The notes beneath the pieces were generated by a model. The model did not search any database. It was given only the letters and a program-made list of their open reading frames with translations, and was not told where the DNA came from. From NCBI GenBank assembly GCA_022841445.1, contig JALHRM010000001.1:323777-387776 (forward strand): a DNA stretch of 64,000 nucleotides. The letters are read 5' to 3'. Position 1 is the first letter of the stretch; every line of letters starts with the position of its first letter. The translations under genes and the position numbers were made by a program. This stretch comes from Candidatus Saccharimonadota bacterium (GTDB lineage: Bacteria > Patescibacteriota > Saccharimonadia > Saccharimonadales > UBA10212). Of the stretch, positions 25,128 to 35,104 are shown in pieces.

Positions 25128-25997
25128 ATGCCAGAATTACCCGAAGTTGAGACTGTCCGTAATGGACTAAGCAAGCTTATTATTGGGAAAAAAGTCAGTG
25201 ATGTCTGGCATGATTGGCCAAAATCCTTCCCGAATTCTTCGAGCGACGTGGCCAGTTTTTTGATCGGTGCAACCATCACCTATATACGAAGACGCGCTAA
25301 AGTACTCATTATCGATTTGAACACCAAGCATAGTCTTATTATTCATTTGAAAATGACCGGCCAGCTCGTTTTTCGTGGCGAACAAGTTTTTGGGGCAGGG
25401 CATCCGAATAACAGTTTGATCGGTGAACTACCTGATAAATCGACACGTGTCACTATTGATTTTTCAGACGGCAGCAAATTGTTTTTTAACGACCAGCGTA
25501 AGTTCGGCTGGGTGCGTCTACTGCCGACAACTGAAGTTCCGGAAATTGATTTTTTTAAAACCGTTGGGCCTGAACCGTTGGATCACGACTTCACGCCGAA
25601 ACAATTTATTGAAAGATTGCTGAGGAGAAAAAACAGCGCCATAAAGGCGGTACTGCTAGACCAAACGGTTGTCGCCGGAGTAGGAAACATCTACGCCGAC
25701 GAGTCACTGTTTGCAGCTAAGTTACATCCGGACACAAAAGTTTCAGATGTATCTAAAGCAAAACTGACTACACTACACCACGAACTAAGAGCTGTGCTGC
25801 AACTTTCAATTGAAAAAGGTGGCAGTACTGACCGCAACTACGTAAATGCCGAAGGTAAACGGGGCAGTTACATCGACTTTGCTCAAGTTTTTCGCCGCGA
25901 AAAACTCCCATGCCCAAGGTGCGGCACAACAATAGTCAAAATGCGATCCGCTGGCCGCGGTACGCACATCTGCCCAACCTGCCAGAAACGTTCTTGA
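25128..25997 (+). CDS. mutM: formamidopyrimidine-DNA glycosylase
   Basis: MPELPEVETV N-terminus. The catalytic Pro2 requires ATG 25128, not the track GTG 25122. H2TH region present, plus C-terminal zinc finger CPRCG...CPTCQ. Confidence 0.9.
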   Translation: MPELPEVETVRNGLSKLIIGKKVSDVWHDWPKSFPNSSSDVASFLIGATITYIRRRAKVLIIDLNTKHSLIIHLKMTGQLVFRGEQVFGAGHPNNSLIGELPDKSTRVTIDFSDGSKLFFNDQRKFGWVRLLPTTEVPEIDFFKTVGPEPLDHDFTPKQFIERLLRRKNSAIKAVLLDQTVVAGVGNIYADESLFAAKLHPDTKVSDVSKAKLTTLHHELRAVLQLSIEKGGSTDRNYVNAEGKRGSYIDFAQVFRREKLPCPRCGTTIVKMRSAGRGTHICPTCQKRS

Positions 25998-26007
25998 ATT
26001 AAAGAGT

Positions 26008-26604
26008 CTAGTTTGCTTTCCAGTCGCCGGCATTTATGCGGTTGCGGCTGTTGATGTGCCAATCGTGTGGGTTTGAATCTGCGATGGCATCGAACATTTT
26101 CTTTGCAGTCTTGGTGTAGTATTTTTGTTTCACTTGTTTGCGCATCCGTTGTTGAAACATGCTTTTAGCGTTTAAACCGTGAAATTCCTGCTCTTTTAAT
26201 TCAAAATCCACCGATAAGTTGTCGGCGTCTTTAACGATTTTAGCCTCTAGGCTGTCACGTTTTTCATATTCGTGCCATAACTCCAAAAATTCAGCTTCTA
26301 GGGCTGTGTCTTTCAACATATCTTCGATGCCGAGCTTCTCATTCCTATCTACATATTGTCTGGACAGATAATCGGCATCACCGGTCCGACTCTCTGTTAT
26401 GTCATGCACCAATGCCATCTTCATGAGCTTGGCAGTATCTTTGGCGTTTTCGTGCTTAGCAATGAACAGGGCAATCCACATTACGCGCATGTGATGCTCG
26501 GCTAGGTTTTCAAAGTCAGGGTTTAAAAAGCGCTTCCAGCTACGCGGAATAAACCGCAGGCTTCCTATTTCGTATAAGAATTCAAGATCTCTCTGGTCAC
26601 TCAT
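26008..26604 (-). CDS. HD-domain phosphohydrolase (YfbR-like 5'-nucleotidase family)
   Basis: NLAEHHMRV...ALVHDITESRTGD...D metal-binding pattern; about 198 aa. Confidence 0.7.
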   Translation of the reverse strand: MSDQRDLEFLYEIGSLRFIPRSWKRFLNPDFENLAEHHMRVMWIALFIAKHENAKDTAKLMKMALVHDITESRTGDADYLSRQYVDRNEKLGIEDMLKDTALEAEFLELWHEYEKRDSLEAKIVKDADNLSVDFELKEQEFHGLNAKSMFQQRMRKQVKQKYYTKTAKKMFDAIADSNPHDWHINSRNRINAGDWKAN

Positions 26605-26633
26605 CTGTAAACCAATGGTATCATGGATGAACT

Positions 26634-27554
26634 ATGGTCATAACCTTGACGGGGAGTAATGCGTATTTGATTAAGGCTGAGCTAAAAAAGCTGGTTGATG
26701 CATTTTTGGCGGACCAAGGTGACCTTGGGTTGACGCAGATTGACGCCTCGGAGGTAGAGGCAGCTAAAATTACCGAAGCGGCGCAGAGCATGCCGTTTTT
26801 GTCTAGCAGGAACATGGTGGTTGTTAAAGACATTTCTGCCAACAAGCCGGCAGCTGAACAAGTTGAAAATCTGTTATCAGTGGTTGGAGAAGACACCGAT
26901 TTTATAATTTACGACCAAGCACTCGACAAGCGTACGGTGCTATATAAAACACTCAAAAAACAAACAGACCTCCGGGAATTCACCGATCTTGATGAACGCT
27001 CGTTGGCATCTTGGGTGGTATCGGCCGCAAAGGACGAAGCCGGGGAAATTTCTCATGCTGATGCAATGTATTTGGTTGGTAGGATTGGAGCAGATCAGAT
27101 GCTCATTAGTAATGAACTACAAAAATTACTCATTTACAGCTCAAATATTACACGCAAAAATATTGATGAGCTGACTGAACCATCTCCGCAAAGTAAAATA
27201 TTTGATTTGCTGGATGCCGCATTCGCCGGGAATAATGAGCGTGCCATGGAACTATACGAAGATCAGCGAGCGCAACGTGTCGAACCTCAGCAGATTTTTG
27301 CGATGCTTTCGTGGCAATTGCAAGCGGTTGCGCTTATAAAAGCAGCAGGGGATCGCTCACTTGAGCAAATTGCCAGTGATGCCAAAATGAGCCCGTTCGT
27401 TATCCGAAAAACGGCCGGGCTAACTCGCCGTATTACGATGAGTAAAGTAAAGTCACTAGTTGCTCGGATGCTTGAAATAGATATGCTCAGCAAGACAACG
27501 GCGCTTGATATGGACGAAGCACTCAAAACCTTCATTGCTACAGAGCTAAAATAA
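26634..27554 (+). CDS. holA: DNA polymerase III delta subunit
   Basis: 306 aa with a clamp-loader delta-like N-terminus (ITLTGSNAYLIKAELKKLVD...MPFLSSRNMVVVKD) and a helical C-terminal domain. Confidence 0.7.
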   Translation: MVITLTGSNAYLIKAELKKLVDAFLADQGDLGLTQIDASEVEAAKITEAAQSMPFLSSRNMVVVKDISANKPAAEQVENLLSVVGEDTDFIIYDQALDKRTVLYKTLKKQTDLREFTDLDERSLASWVVSAAKDEAGEISHADAMYLVGRIGADQMLISNELQKLLIYSSNITRKNIDELTEPSPQSKIFDLLDAAFAGNNERAMELYEDQRAQRVEPQQIFAMLSWQLQAVALIKAAGDRSLEQIASDAKMSPFVIRKTAGLTRRITMSKVKSLVARMLEIDMLSKTTALDMDEALKTFIATELK

Positions 27555-27570
27555 AATCAGTTGCAGGAAA

Positions 27571-27930
27571 CTATTTTTTAGCTGCAGGTTTTTTAGCTGG
27601 GGATTTTTTTGCTGTTGGCTTTTTGGTAGCAGGCTTAACGGCAGCTTTTTTTGCTGGTGTAGATTTTGCACCTCCAGCTTTAGCTTTGGCAGCTAGCTGG
27701 GATTTTTTGCGTGAAGCTTTATTCTTATGAATGACAGCTTTTTTTGCGGCAACATCAAGTGCTCGTTTGGCTTCGCGCTCAGCCTTGCTGATTTCGGCGC
27801 TGTTGCCTCCGGTTAAGGCCTTGCTGAACGCCTTTAGAGCTTCGCGAAGCGTTCGCTTGGTCTTTGCGTTGCGGATGGTTGCCTTGCGAGCGACTTTAAC
27901 CCGCTTCTTAGCAGATTTGATAATTGGCAT
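27571..27930 (-). CDS. rpsT: 30S ribosomal protein S20 with Lys/Ala/Pro-rich C-terminal extension
   Basis: MPIIKSAKKRVKVARKATIRNAKTKRTLREALK... is canonical S20. An extra tail AKAKAGGAKSTPAKKAAVKPATKKPTAKKSPAKKPAAKK follows. Confidence 0.9.
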   Translation of the reverse strand: MPIIKSAKKRVKVARKATIRNAKTKRTLREALKAFSKALTGGNSAEISKAEREAKRALDVAAKKAVIHKNKASRKKSQLAAKAKAGGAKSTPAKKAAVKPATKKPTAKKSPAKKPAAKK

Positions 27931-28086
27931 TTTTTAACTGTTCCTACTTTAAGTTTGATTGATATTTCAGATTGACTATACAAGGGTGGAAGCTATTTGT
28001 AAAGAAGTGCTTGCACCTGTATAGAGCTTATGGTACTCTTAGTTTTAAGTAGTAACAGCGCAAATAAACACTTAAAAACAAAAATT

Positions 28087-30291
28087 ATGGATCCAAACGC
28101 CAAGCAGCAAGTCGTTGAGCGCGTCAAACAGGCGAGTAATATTTTGGTGACAGTAAGCACCGACCCTTCGGTGGATCAGCTGTCTGCCTGCATCGGCCTA
28201 ACTTTACTTATTAACGGTATGGAAAAACATGGTACAGCCGTGTTTAGCGGAAAAGTACCATCCACGCTAGAGTTTTTGCAACCAGAAAAAACTCTCGAAC
28301 CCAACACCGACAGCTTGCGAGATTTTATTATTAGCCTGGACAGGGCAAAGGCCGACAAACTCAAATACAAAGTCGAAGATGACATCGTCCGTATCTTCAT
28401 CACTCCATACCGAAGCAGCCTTAGCGATAAAGACTTGGTATTCAGCCAGGGTGACTTTAACGTTGACGTGGTCATTGCGCTTGGCGTGCAAGCATCCGAG
28501 CATATTGATCAGGCAATTGAAGCGCACGGAAGAATTTTGCATGATGCCACGGTAGTTTGTCTTAATGCAGGTGACATTAATGGGGAAAACAACTTAGGGC
28601 AGATTAATTGGACTGATCCGTCTGCAAGTAGTTTGTGTGAAATGATTGTTAGTATCAGCGAGGCGTTTGGTAACGGGCTTATCGACAATCAAATGGCGAC
28701 TGCATTTTTGACCGGAATTGTTGCCGAAACGGAGCGTTTTAGCAATCCAAAGACATCACCGAAGGTTATGACTATGAGTGCTCAGCTAATGGCTGCAGGC
28801 GCAAATCAGCAACTCATTGCTGAAAAGCTTGAAAAAGCCACCGAATCCCAGCCAAAAACAGAACCAATTGATGTATATAACCCCGTGCCGGAAGTTGAAG
28901 AAGAGGCCAAACCTGAACCAAAGCCTGAGGATGCCGATGCCGACGGCGTACTTAAAATCCAGCATGATAAGGGTGAGCCACATGACACTGAGCGGGTTCA
29001 TATGGATTCGGACGGTAAACTGTATCGTCCGGAACAATTTGCGGATGATTTTAACGATGTGACTGCTCAAACTCCTGGCGATAGCAGCGATGATCCTCCA
29101 TCATCACTGCCGCCACCTGATGAAGATGCCGAACTGGACACAGATGATGCTCAAGAATCCTCTTATGATAATCAGCAAATAAACAACTCCACTGAAGAAC
29201 CACAACTGGCTGAAACTGTTCCACCCCAGGACGCCCCTGAATACGAGCGGGCACCTGAAGAAGTAATACCTATCCCGAATAACGATGAACAACCTCCACC
29301 TGGTCCGGGTGCGGTACAGCAACCCCAAGCCGAGCCACCGTTTAGTGGGCCGCCAACGTCGGATGATATACCAGAACCTCCACAGGCGGCCACTGTTAAT
29401 GGTCGTAAGGCGCTTAACCCTAACGATGAACCGGATTTTGGTGGACAACTAACGGCGAATACAGAACCAGAGGCCTATAGCCCAACGACTGACCCAATGA
29501 GCATTTATAAACCTCATGACGGTACGCTGCTTTCGCATGATGACCAGCCAGCCAATGAAGTTATCGGCTTGCCATCCGAAGCAGATAGCCCGCCGTCGGT
29601 TCAGCCCACCAGTTCGCTACCTTCAGAACCACCAATGACCGTAGTAGCGCCACCTGAATTACTGCCTGAATCGGCTGCAGATGAAGATGTTCTCGGCTAC
29701 GAAGCAACTCCAGTCTCGCTCCCAAAGGTCGACGAACCAAACGAAATTCAAGAATTACCCTCAGCCGAATCAGCAGACGAAGTTGAAGCTGGTGATGCAC
29801 CGCCACCGAAATCACCTCCAGTTGAAATACCGCAGGTATCAAATGAGGGCGAAACAGGTCTAGTTTTTGGTAAAGAAGAAGCGACAACCGATCCGCTGAA
29901 CGGCTACAATCCGCTTAAATTTGACCCCGCAAAGTACACAACGTCAGCTATTGATGCTCCGAGCGAAGAACCAGCCGTTCCTGAATTGACGCTCCCAACT
30001 GCGGACGTACCGGCCTCACCCATAGAGGCATCAACGGAGATAAAACTACCGCCTACTTCGCTTGATCCCGCTGATCATGCCAACGAAACACTCGCCGAAA
30101 TAGAAAAAGATGTTGGCATCAACGATCACGGAGGCGAAACACTCGCCGAAATAGAAAAAGAACTTGGAATTGTTGATCATGGCAGCCAGACTCTGAGTGC
30201 ATTGGAAAGCTCGGGTGGTGACCCTAAACCTCCAGAAACACCAGACAAACCCCCAGAGCCGCCAGCCGTTCCCCCGCCTTTGCCTATATAA
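28087..30291 (+). CDS. DHH/DHHA1-like protein with degenerate catalytic motifs and about 480-aa acidic/Pro-rich disordered tail
   Basis: N-terminal about 250 aa follow the NrnA-like layout (ILVTVSTDPSVDQLSA..., FLTGIVAETERFSN). However, ALG replaces DHH and AETERF replaces DTG.F. The rest is low-complexity P/E/D-rich. Confidence 0.55.
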   Translation: MDPNAKQQVVERVKQASNILVTVSTDPSVDQLSACIGLTLLINGMEKHGTAVFSGKVPSTLEFLQPEKTLEPNTDSLRDFIISLDRAKADKLKYKVEDDIVRIFITPYRSSLSDKDLVFSQGDFNVDVVIALGVQASEHIDQAIEAHGRILHDATVVCLNAGDINGENNLGQINWTDPSASSLCEMIVSISEAFGNGLIDNQMATAFLTGIVAETERFSNPKTSPKVMTMSAQLMAAGANQQLIAEKLEKATESQPKTEPIDVYNPVPEVEEEAKPEPKPEDADADGVLKIQHDKGEPHDTERVHMDSDGKLYRPEQFADDFNDVTAQTPGDSSDDPPSSLPPPDEDAELDTDDAQESSYDNQQINNSTEEPQLAETVPPQDAPEYERAPEEVIPIPNNDEQPPPGPGAVQQPQAEPPFSGPPTSDDIPEPPQAATVNGRKALNPNDEPDFGGQLTANTEPEAYSPTTDPMSIYKPHDGTLLSHDDQPANEVIGLPSEADSPPSVQPTSSLPSEPPMTVVAPPELLPESAADEDVLGYEATPVSLPKVDEPNEIQELPSAESADEVEAGDAPPPKSPPVEIPQVSNEGETGLVFGKEEATTDPLNGYNPLKFDPAKYTTSAIDAPSEEPAVPELTLPTADVPASPIEASTEIKLPPTSLDPADHANETLAEIEKDVGINDHGGETLAEIEKELGIVDHGSQTLSALESSGGDPKPPETPDKPPEPPAVPPPLPI
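30084..30161 (+). repeat. in-frame 51-nt tandem repeat inside the CDS
   Basis: The 27-nt core CGAAACACTCGCCGAAATAGAAAAAGA occurs at 30084-30110 and 30135-30161. It encodes ETLAEIEK(D/E)(V/L)GI(N/V)DHG twice. Confidence 0.9.
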
Positions 30292-30299
30292 TATCCGTA

Positions 30300-30983
30300 A
30301 TGGACGGAATGTTACTAATTGATAAGCCGGTTGGTATTTCTAGCTTTGGCGTAGTTGCAAAAGTTCGCGGTATTTGGCGGAATGATCTGCGGGAACAGGG
30401 TGAATCTATTAAAAAAGCTAAAGTTGGGCATACCGGCACGCTCGATCCAATGGCGTCAGGACTGATGATTCTGGTGCTGGGCAGTTATACCAAGCGCGCC
30501 CAAGAATTTAGTAAACTCGACAAGGTGTATGAAGCAGAATTAACGCTTGGCGCTACAAGTTCAACTGATGATTTGGAGGGCGATATAACAGCAATGAGCG
30601 ACCAGCAGCCTACTTTGGAAGAAGTTAATCAGGTTGTAAAATCGTTTATTGGGGAGATTGAGCAAGTACCACCAATTTACAGTGCGATAAAAATTGACGG
30701 ACAACGCGCCTATAAATTGGCTCGCAAAGGTAGGGAAGTTACTATGCAGCCACGCCAAGTGTCGATTTTTAGCATAGCCGAGCTCGAGTATGATTATCCG
30801 AAGTTGAAGTTTAGGGTTCATGTCAGTAGCGGTACATACATCCGCTCACTAGCCCGCGACATCGGCGAAAAACTGGGCACAGGAGCGTATTTGTCGGCAC
30901 TTCGCCGCACCAAAGTCGGTGCTTACGAACTGAAGGATGCCGTAGACTTTGATACAAGTAGCCTAACCGTACAATTGACTTAA
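30300..30983 (+). CDS. truB: tRNA pseudouridine(55) synthase
   Basis: GMLLIDKP.GISSF, GHTGTLDPMASGLMIL (catalytic Asp), IEQVPPIYSAIKIDGQRAY. Confidence 0.9.
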   Translation: MDGMLLIDKPVGISSFGVVAKVRGIWRNDLREQGESIKKAKVGHTGTLDPMASGLMILVLGSYTKRAQEFSKLDKVYEAELTLGATSSTDDLEGDITAMSDQQPTLEEVNQVVKSFIGEIEQVPPIYSAIKIDGQRAYKLARKGREVTMQPRQVSIFSIAELEYDYPKLKFRVHVSSGTYIRSLARDIGEKLGTGAYLSALRRTKVGAYELKDAVDFDTSSLTVQLT

Positions 30984-31051
30984 ATAATTAAATATTGTAT
31001 GATATACCTATCAGACAGACAAGTATACCTACAGAACTAGTTTCTCCTGTC

Positions 31052-31813
31052 ATGAGTCGGATGGCCGAAGGCGTTGAGCCACCATACCCACAATTGGCCA
31101 ATACGCTGATGGAGATGGGTGAGCGGGCAGAAATAACAACAGCGTGGATGCCGCATATCTACACACACCTTGAGGCGACATTGACAGTATGCAGTACCCC
31201 TGGCTACAGCCCTGGTGAGGGTTCAACGGTGGCTGAGCGATCAGAGCATGCACAGGCCACTGCTCATACCATTGCAAGTACAGCGCGAACCGTGATCCAT
31301 GCGGCGTTTTCGGACTTTGAAGCGAAGCACCCTGGTATTTACACACCGGGGAGCATATCACCGTCGATGCCCGAAACCTCAGCAGGCTTTACGGTGGCGG
31401 CAATAATGGACGCAGCCTTTGTAGCCGGTGGAGCATTGCAGGCTCTGCGAAAGCACGGATATGAAGGTCTGGCCTCCGAAGTATTGGCGAACAGCCGGCG
31501 TTTAATGCTATACGGACTTGCTGGTGAGGGGAAAACAATTTCGCCCACAGATCTACTACGGGATAAATCTGATCCTCAGGGTTACGATGCGCCATACGCC
31601 GACCCCACCAGGTTTGTAGTTACTGAACGCGATGGTAATTTGCGAGTTGAATTTGAGCCGAGAACTCATCAGGCTATGCGATTGCTCCATCAATCAAGCC
31701 CGGAAAGGGGTTGTCCAGCGGCGATGGTTGCACATGGCAGTGGCGGTAATGTGCTCGGATATTCCTGGACGCGACTTATGAACTATTTAGCACCTACCGA
31801 CGTAACTGTCTGA
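31052..31813 (+). CDS. hypothetical cytosolic protein (orphan, 253 aa)
   Basis: ATG 31052 (MSRMAEGVEPPYPQ...); the track TTG 30995 is also possible. No known motif. Confidence 0.45.
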   Translation: MSRMAEGVEPPYPQLANTLMEMGERAEITTAWMPHIYTHLEATLTVCSTPGYSPGEGSTVAERSEHAQATAHTIASTARTVIHAAFSDFEAKHPGIYTPGSISPSMPETSAGFTVAAIMDAAFVAGGALQALRKHGYEGLASEVLANSRRLMLYGLAGEGKTISPTDLLRDKSDPQGYDAPYADPTRFVVTERDGNLRVEFEPRTHQAMRLLHQSSPERGCPAAMVAHGSGGNVLGYSWTRLMNYLAPTDVTV

Positions 31814-31873
31814 CAAATGTCCACTTAACTCTTGTATAAGGCGTGAACATCTGCTATAGTTACTGCCAACGAT

Positions 31874-32140
31874 ATGATCTCTACCGAAAAAAAGCAGAAG
31901 ATTACAGGAGACCTACAGGCACACAAAACCGATACCGGGAGTAGTGCTGTTCAAGTGGGTATTATGACGGAGCGAATCAAAGAGCTAACCGAGCACTTAA
32001 AGGTGAACAAAAAAGACTTTGCTGCCCGTCGTGGGTTGTTGGTGCTCGTCGGCAAGCGCCGTCGGCTGCTTAAGTACATTGCCGACCAAGACGGTCAGGC
32101 TTACCTGGATCTTATCAAGAAGCTCGGCATTCGCCGCTAA
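31874..32140 (+). CDS. rpsO: 30S ribosomal protein S15
   Basis: ...HKTDTGSSAVQVGIMTERIKELTEHLKVNKKDFAARRGLLVLVGKRRRLLKYI... Confidence 0.95.
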   Translation: MISTEKKQKITGDLQAHKTDTGSSAVQVGIMTERIKELTEHLKVNKKDFAARRGLLVLVGKRRRLLKYIADQDGQAYLDLIKKLGIRR

Positions 32141-32341
32141 TCTGCCCAGACTCTATTTTCGCTAAGTTAAGCGAAACAAGCTTGTGCACATTAACGACTT
32201 AAATCAGGGTTTGCTAGTGTTATAAAAGTTCGTAGTCAGAGATACAGATATCCGTTATTTTTAACAGCACAAGTAACGAATATTTGACCTTTGTCTACGA
32301 AACTCCTAGTAAACTGAAAAGTCAGAAAAGGAAAATATAAA

Positions 32342-34483
32342 ATGAGCACCATCAATCCGTTCGGGAAAGATGTTATCACTGTACGTACCGACTTGTGCGG
32401 TAAAGAACTAAGCCTAGAAATTAACCGCGTTGGATTCCGCAGCACTGCATCAGTGTTGGCGAGGTACGGCGATACCGTAGTACTCGCAACTGCCATGGTC
32501 GGCAAGGCGCCGACGCACGGCATGGACTACTTCCCACTGTCAATTGATTATGAGGAGCGTTTTTATGCAGCTGGCAAGATCAGCGGTAGCCGCTTTGTTA
32601 AGCGTGAAGGACGGCCAAGCGATGATGCTATCTTGATTGGTCGTTTGATTGACCGGCCTATACGACCGTTGTGGCCGAAGGGCTATCGGAACGAAGTACA
32701 AGGTGTCACTACCGTGCTCAGCATGGATCCGCAGTTCCGCCCAGACATGGTGGCCATGATCGCTATGAGTGCCGCCTTTATGCTGACCGGGGCACCGTTT
32801 GATGGTCCAATTGCTGGGCTACGTGTTGGTTTAGTTGACGGCAAACCTGTTGCCTTTGCATCATCCGACCAGCTCGAGAACGGCATTCTTGATCTGGTTG
32901 TAGCTGGCACAAAAGACGGCGTGATGATGGTAGAAGCTGGCGCCAATGAAGCAACCGAAGAACAGGTCATCGAAACAATCGAGTTCGCCCATAAGGCAAT
33001 GCAGCCGGCTATTGCGCTGCAGGAAGAACTTGTTGCTAAAGTAGGTGTTACCAAGCAAGAATACGATCTCGTAAAACCAAACGAAGATATCCAGGCAGCT
33101 ATTGACGCATGGATTGACGGCAAACTTGGCGCTAAACTGCGTCAGCCATACCCACAGCGTAACCAATTGGTTGATGATTTGCGCACTCAAATGCGGGAGC
33201 ATTTTGCAGCTGAACTCGGCGAAGAATTGTTTGCCGATCAAAAGAATGACTACGAAGATGCTTTTACAATGGCCCTGCACAAGGATGTGCGTGAAGGAAT
33301 CGTCAAAGACAATGTCCGGCCTGATGGTCGTCCGATGACCGAAGTTCGTCCGCTAAGTTCTGAAATCGGCTTTTTGCCGAGGGCACATGGCTCCAGCCTC
33401 TTCACTCGAGGGGTGACGCAGGCTATGAACATTGTGACGCTTGCACCGGTATCATACGCCCAACTGCTTGACACTATGGAGCGCGACGATGACCAGAAGC
33501 GTTATATGCACCACTATAATGCCCCTGGCTACACTGTTGGCGAGATCAAGCGACTTGGTTCGCCGGGCCGCCGCGAAATCGGCCACAGTGCACTTGCGGA
33601 GCGAGCATTACTGCCTGTTATCCCGAGTGAAGCAGATTTTCCATACGCTATCCGGTCTGTCACCGAAATCATGAGCCAGAACGGTTCTACATCGATGGCA
33701 GCTACTTGCAGCAGTTGTCTGAGCCTCATGGACGCTGGGGTACCGCTTAAAAGCCCTGTCAGCGGAATTGCCATGGGCTTGATGCTGGACGGTGATAAGC
33801 CGTACATTTTGACCGATATTGCTGATGCCGAGGACTTTGCCGGTGACATGGATTTCAAGGTTGCTGGTACAGCCTCTGGTATTACTGCACTACAGATGGA
33901 CATGAAGGTCCATGGCTTACCTGTCGCTATCCTCAAAGATGCGCTGATGCAGGGCAAAGTTGGTCGGGCACACATCCTGGAACACATGATCAGTGTGATT
34001 GCTAAGCCAAAGACCGCGCTAAGTCCATATGCACCGCGAGTCGAAGCAATCATGATTAACCCGGACAAAATCCGCGAAGTCATTGGTAAGGGCGGAGAAA
34101 CGATCAACAAGATTATTGCCGAAACCGGAGCCGAAATTGACATTAAAGATGACGGCACCGTCATGATATCGAGCCCTGACACCAAGAGCATCGAGGCGGC
34201 AATTGCTTGGGTAAAGAGCATCACCGCCGAACCCGAGATTGGCAAAATCTACGTCGACGCACCAGTCGTCAGCGTCATGGATTTTGGTGCATTCGTGCAA
34301 ATCATGCCAGGCAAAGACGGGTTAGTGCATGTATCTGAAATGAGCGAAGAGCGTGTCAATAAGCCGAGCGATGTCGTTAAAGAAGGCGACAAAGTTACCG
34401 TTAAGCTAGTAGCCATTGACGACCGTGGCCGCTTGCAACTTTCTATGAAAGCCGCCGCCCGCGAACAAAACGATAAGCAGTAA
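32342..34483 (+). CDS. pnp: polyribonucleotide nucleotidyltransferase (PNPase)
   Basis: Two RNase PH domains ([20 protein letters not shown]..., RPDGR...VRPL), a KH domain ([15 protein letters not shown]) and an S1 domain ([19 protein letters not shown]). Confidence 0.95.
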   Translation: MSTINPFGKDVITVRTDLCGKELSLEINRVGFRSTASVLARYGDTVVLATAMVGKAPTHGMDYFPLSIDYEERFYAAGKISGSRFVKREGRPSDDAILIGRLIDRPIRPLWPKGYRNEVQGVTTVLSMDPQFRPDMVAMIAMSAAFMLTGAPFDGPIAGLRVGLVDGKPVAFASSDQLENGILDLVVAGTKDGVMMVEAGANEATEEQVIETIEFAHKAMQPAIALQEELVAKVGVTKQEYDLVKPNEDIQAAIDAWIDGKLGAKLRQPYPQRNQLVDDLRTQMREHFAAELGEELFADQKNDYEDAFTMALHKDVREGIVKDNVRPDGRPMTEVRPLSSEIGFLPRAHGSSLFTRGVTQAMNIVTLAPVSYAQLLDTMERDDDQKRYMHHYNAPGYTVGEIKRLGSPGRREIGHSALAERALLPVIPSEADFPYAIRSVTEIMSQNGSTSMAATCSSCLSLMDAGVPLKSPVSGIAMGLMLDGDKPYILTDIADAEDFAGDMDFKVAGTASGITALQMDMKVHGLPVAILKDALMQGKVGRAHILEHMISVIAKPKTALSPYAPRVEAIMINPDKIREVIGKGGETINKIIAETGAEIDIKDDGTVMISSPDTKSIEAAIAWVKSITAEPEIGKIYVDAPVVSVMDFGAFVQIMPGKDGLVHVSEMSEERVNKPSDVVKEGDKVTVKLVAIDDRGRLQLSMKAAAREQNDKQ

Positions 34484-34491
34484 ACCAGTTA

Positions 34492-35061
34492 ATGAGCAGT
34501 AATAAACAAACGCTTCTTGACCAGATCAAAGCAGATATTCTTTCGCAGAATATCTGCCCAGACTTGGCCGAGCAGGCCACGCAGCTGGTGTTTGGGGATG
34601 GTAATCCCGATGCCGATATGGTGTTTATCGGCGAAGCTCCTGGCAAGAATGAGGATCTGCAAGGCATCCCATTCGTCGGAGCAGCAGGTAAGTTCCTGAA
34701 CGAGATGCTCGCCAGTATAAGTCTGAAAAGGGAAGACATCTACATCACTAATATAGTGAAGTATCGTCCGCCCAATAACCGCGACCCTTTGCCAGATGAA
34801 AAAGCTGCTTTTTTGCCGTTTTTGCAATCCCAGCTGGAAGTAATCCAACCAAAAATTGTCGTCACACTTGGACGACACAGTATGGATTCCCTCCTGCCGG
34901 GCTTACAAATAAGCCAAGTGCATGGTCAGCCAAAAAGATATAACGGACAAGTGTATTTGCCCTTATTCCACCCGGCTGCAGCACTTTATAACGGGGGACT
35001 ACGCCAGACGCTGCTAGACGATTTTGCAGCCATCCCCACAATTTTAGCGAAAATTAAATAA
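34492..35061 (+). CDS. uracil-DNA glycosylase, family 4
   Basis: [23 protein letters not shown]...PFVGAAG and [10 protein letters not shown] motifs. Confidence 0.85.
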   Translation: MSSNKQTLLDQIKADILSQNICPDLAEQATQLVFGDGNPDADMVFIGEAPGKNEDLQGIPFVGAAGKFLNEMLASISLKREDIYITNIVKYRPPNNRDPLPDEKAAFLPFLQSQLEVIQPKIVVTLGRHSMDSLLPGLQISQVHGQPKRYNGQVYLPLFHPAAALYNGGLRQTLLDDFAAIPTILAKIK

Positions 35062-35104
35062 ACCTTTAAAAAAGTTATATCTGAGAAAAGGAAGGAAAAA
35101 TAAT

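Noticed and set aside
28786-29448. Cluster of overlapping ORFs on both strands within 28.8-29.9 kb
   Set aside because: They all lie inside the low-complexity Pro/Glu/Asp-rich tail of the DHH-like protein. Such repetitive, biased sequence keeps several frames open by chance.
33529-34245. 238-aa minus-strand ORF, and others at 32683-33123 and 32861-33280, inside pnp
   Set aside because: These are antisense shadow ORFs of a strongly supported PNPase gene. They have low-complexity Ser/Ala/Pro-rich translations, no start context and no motif.
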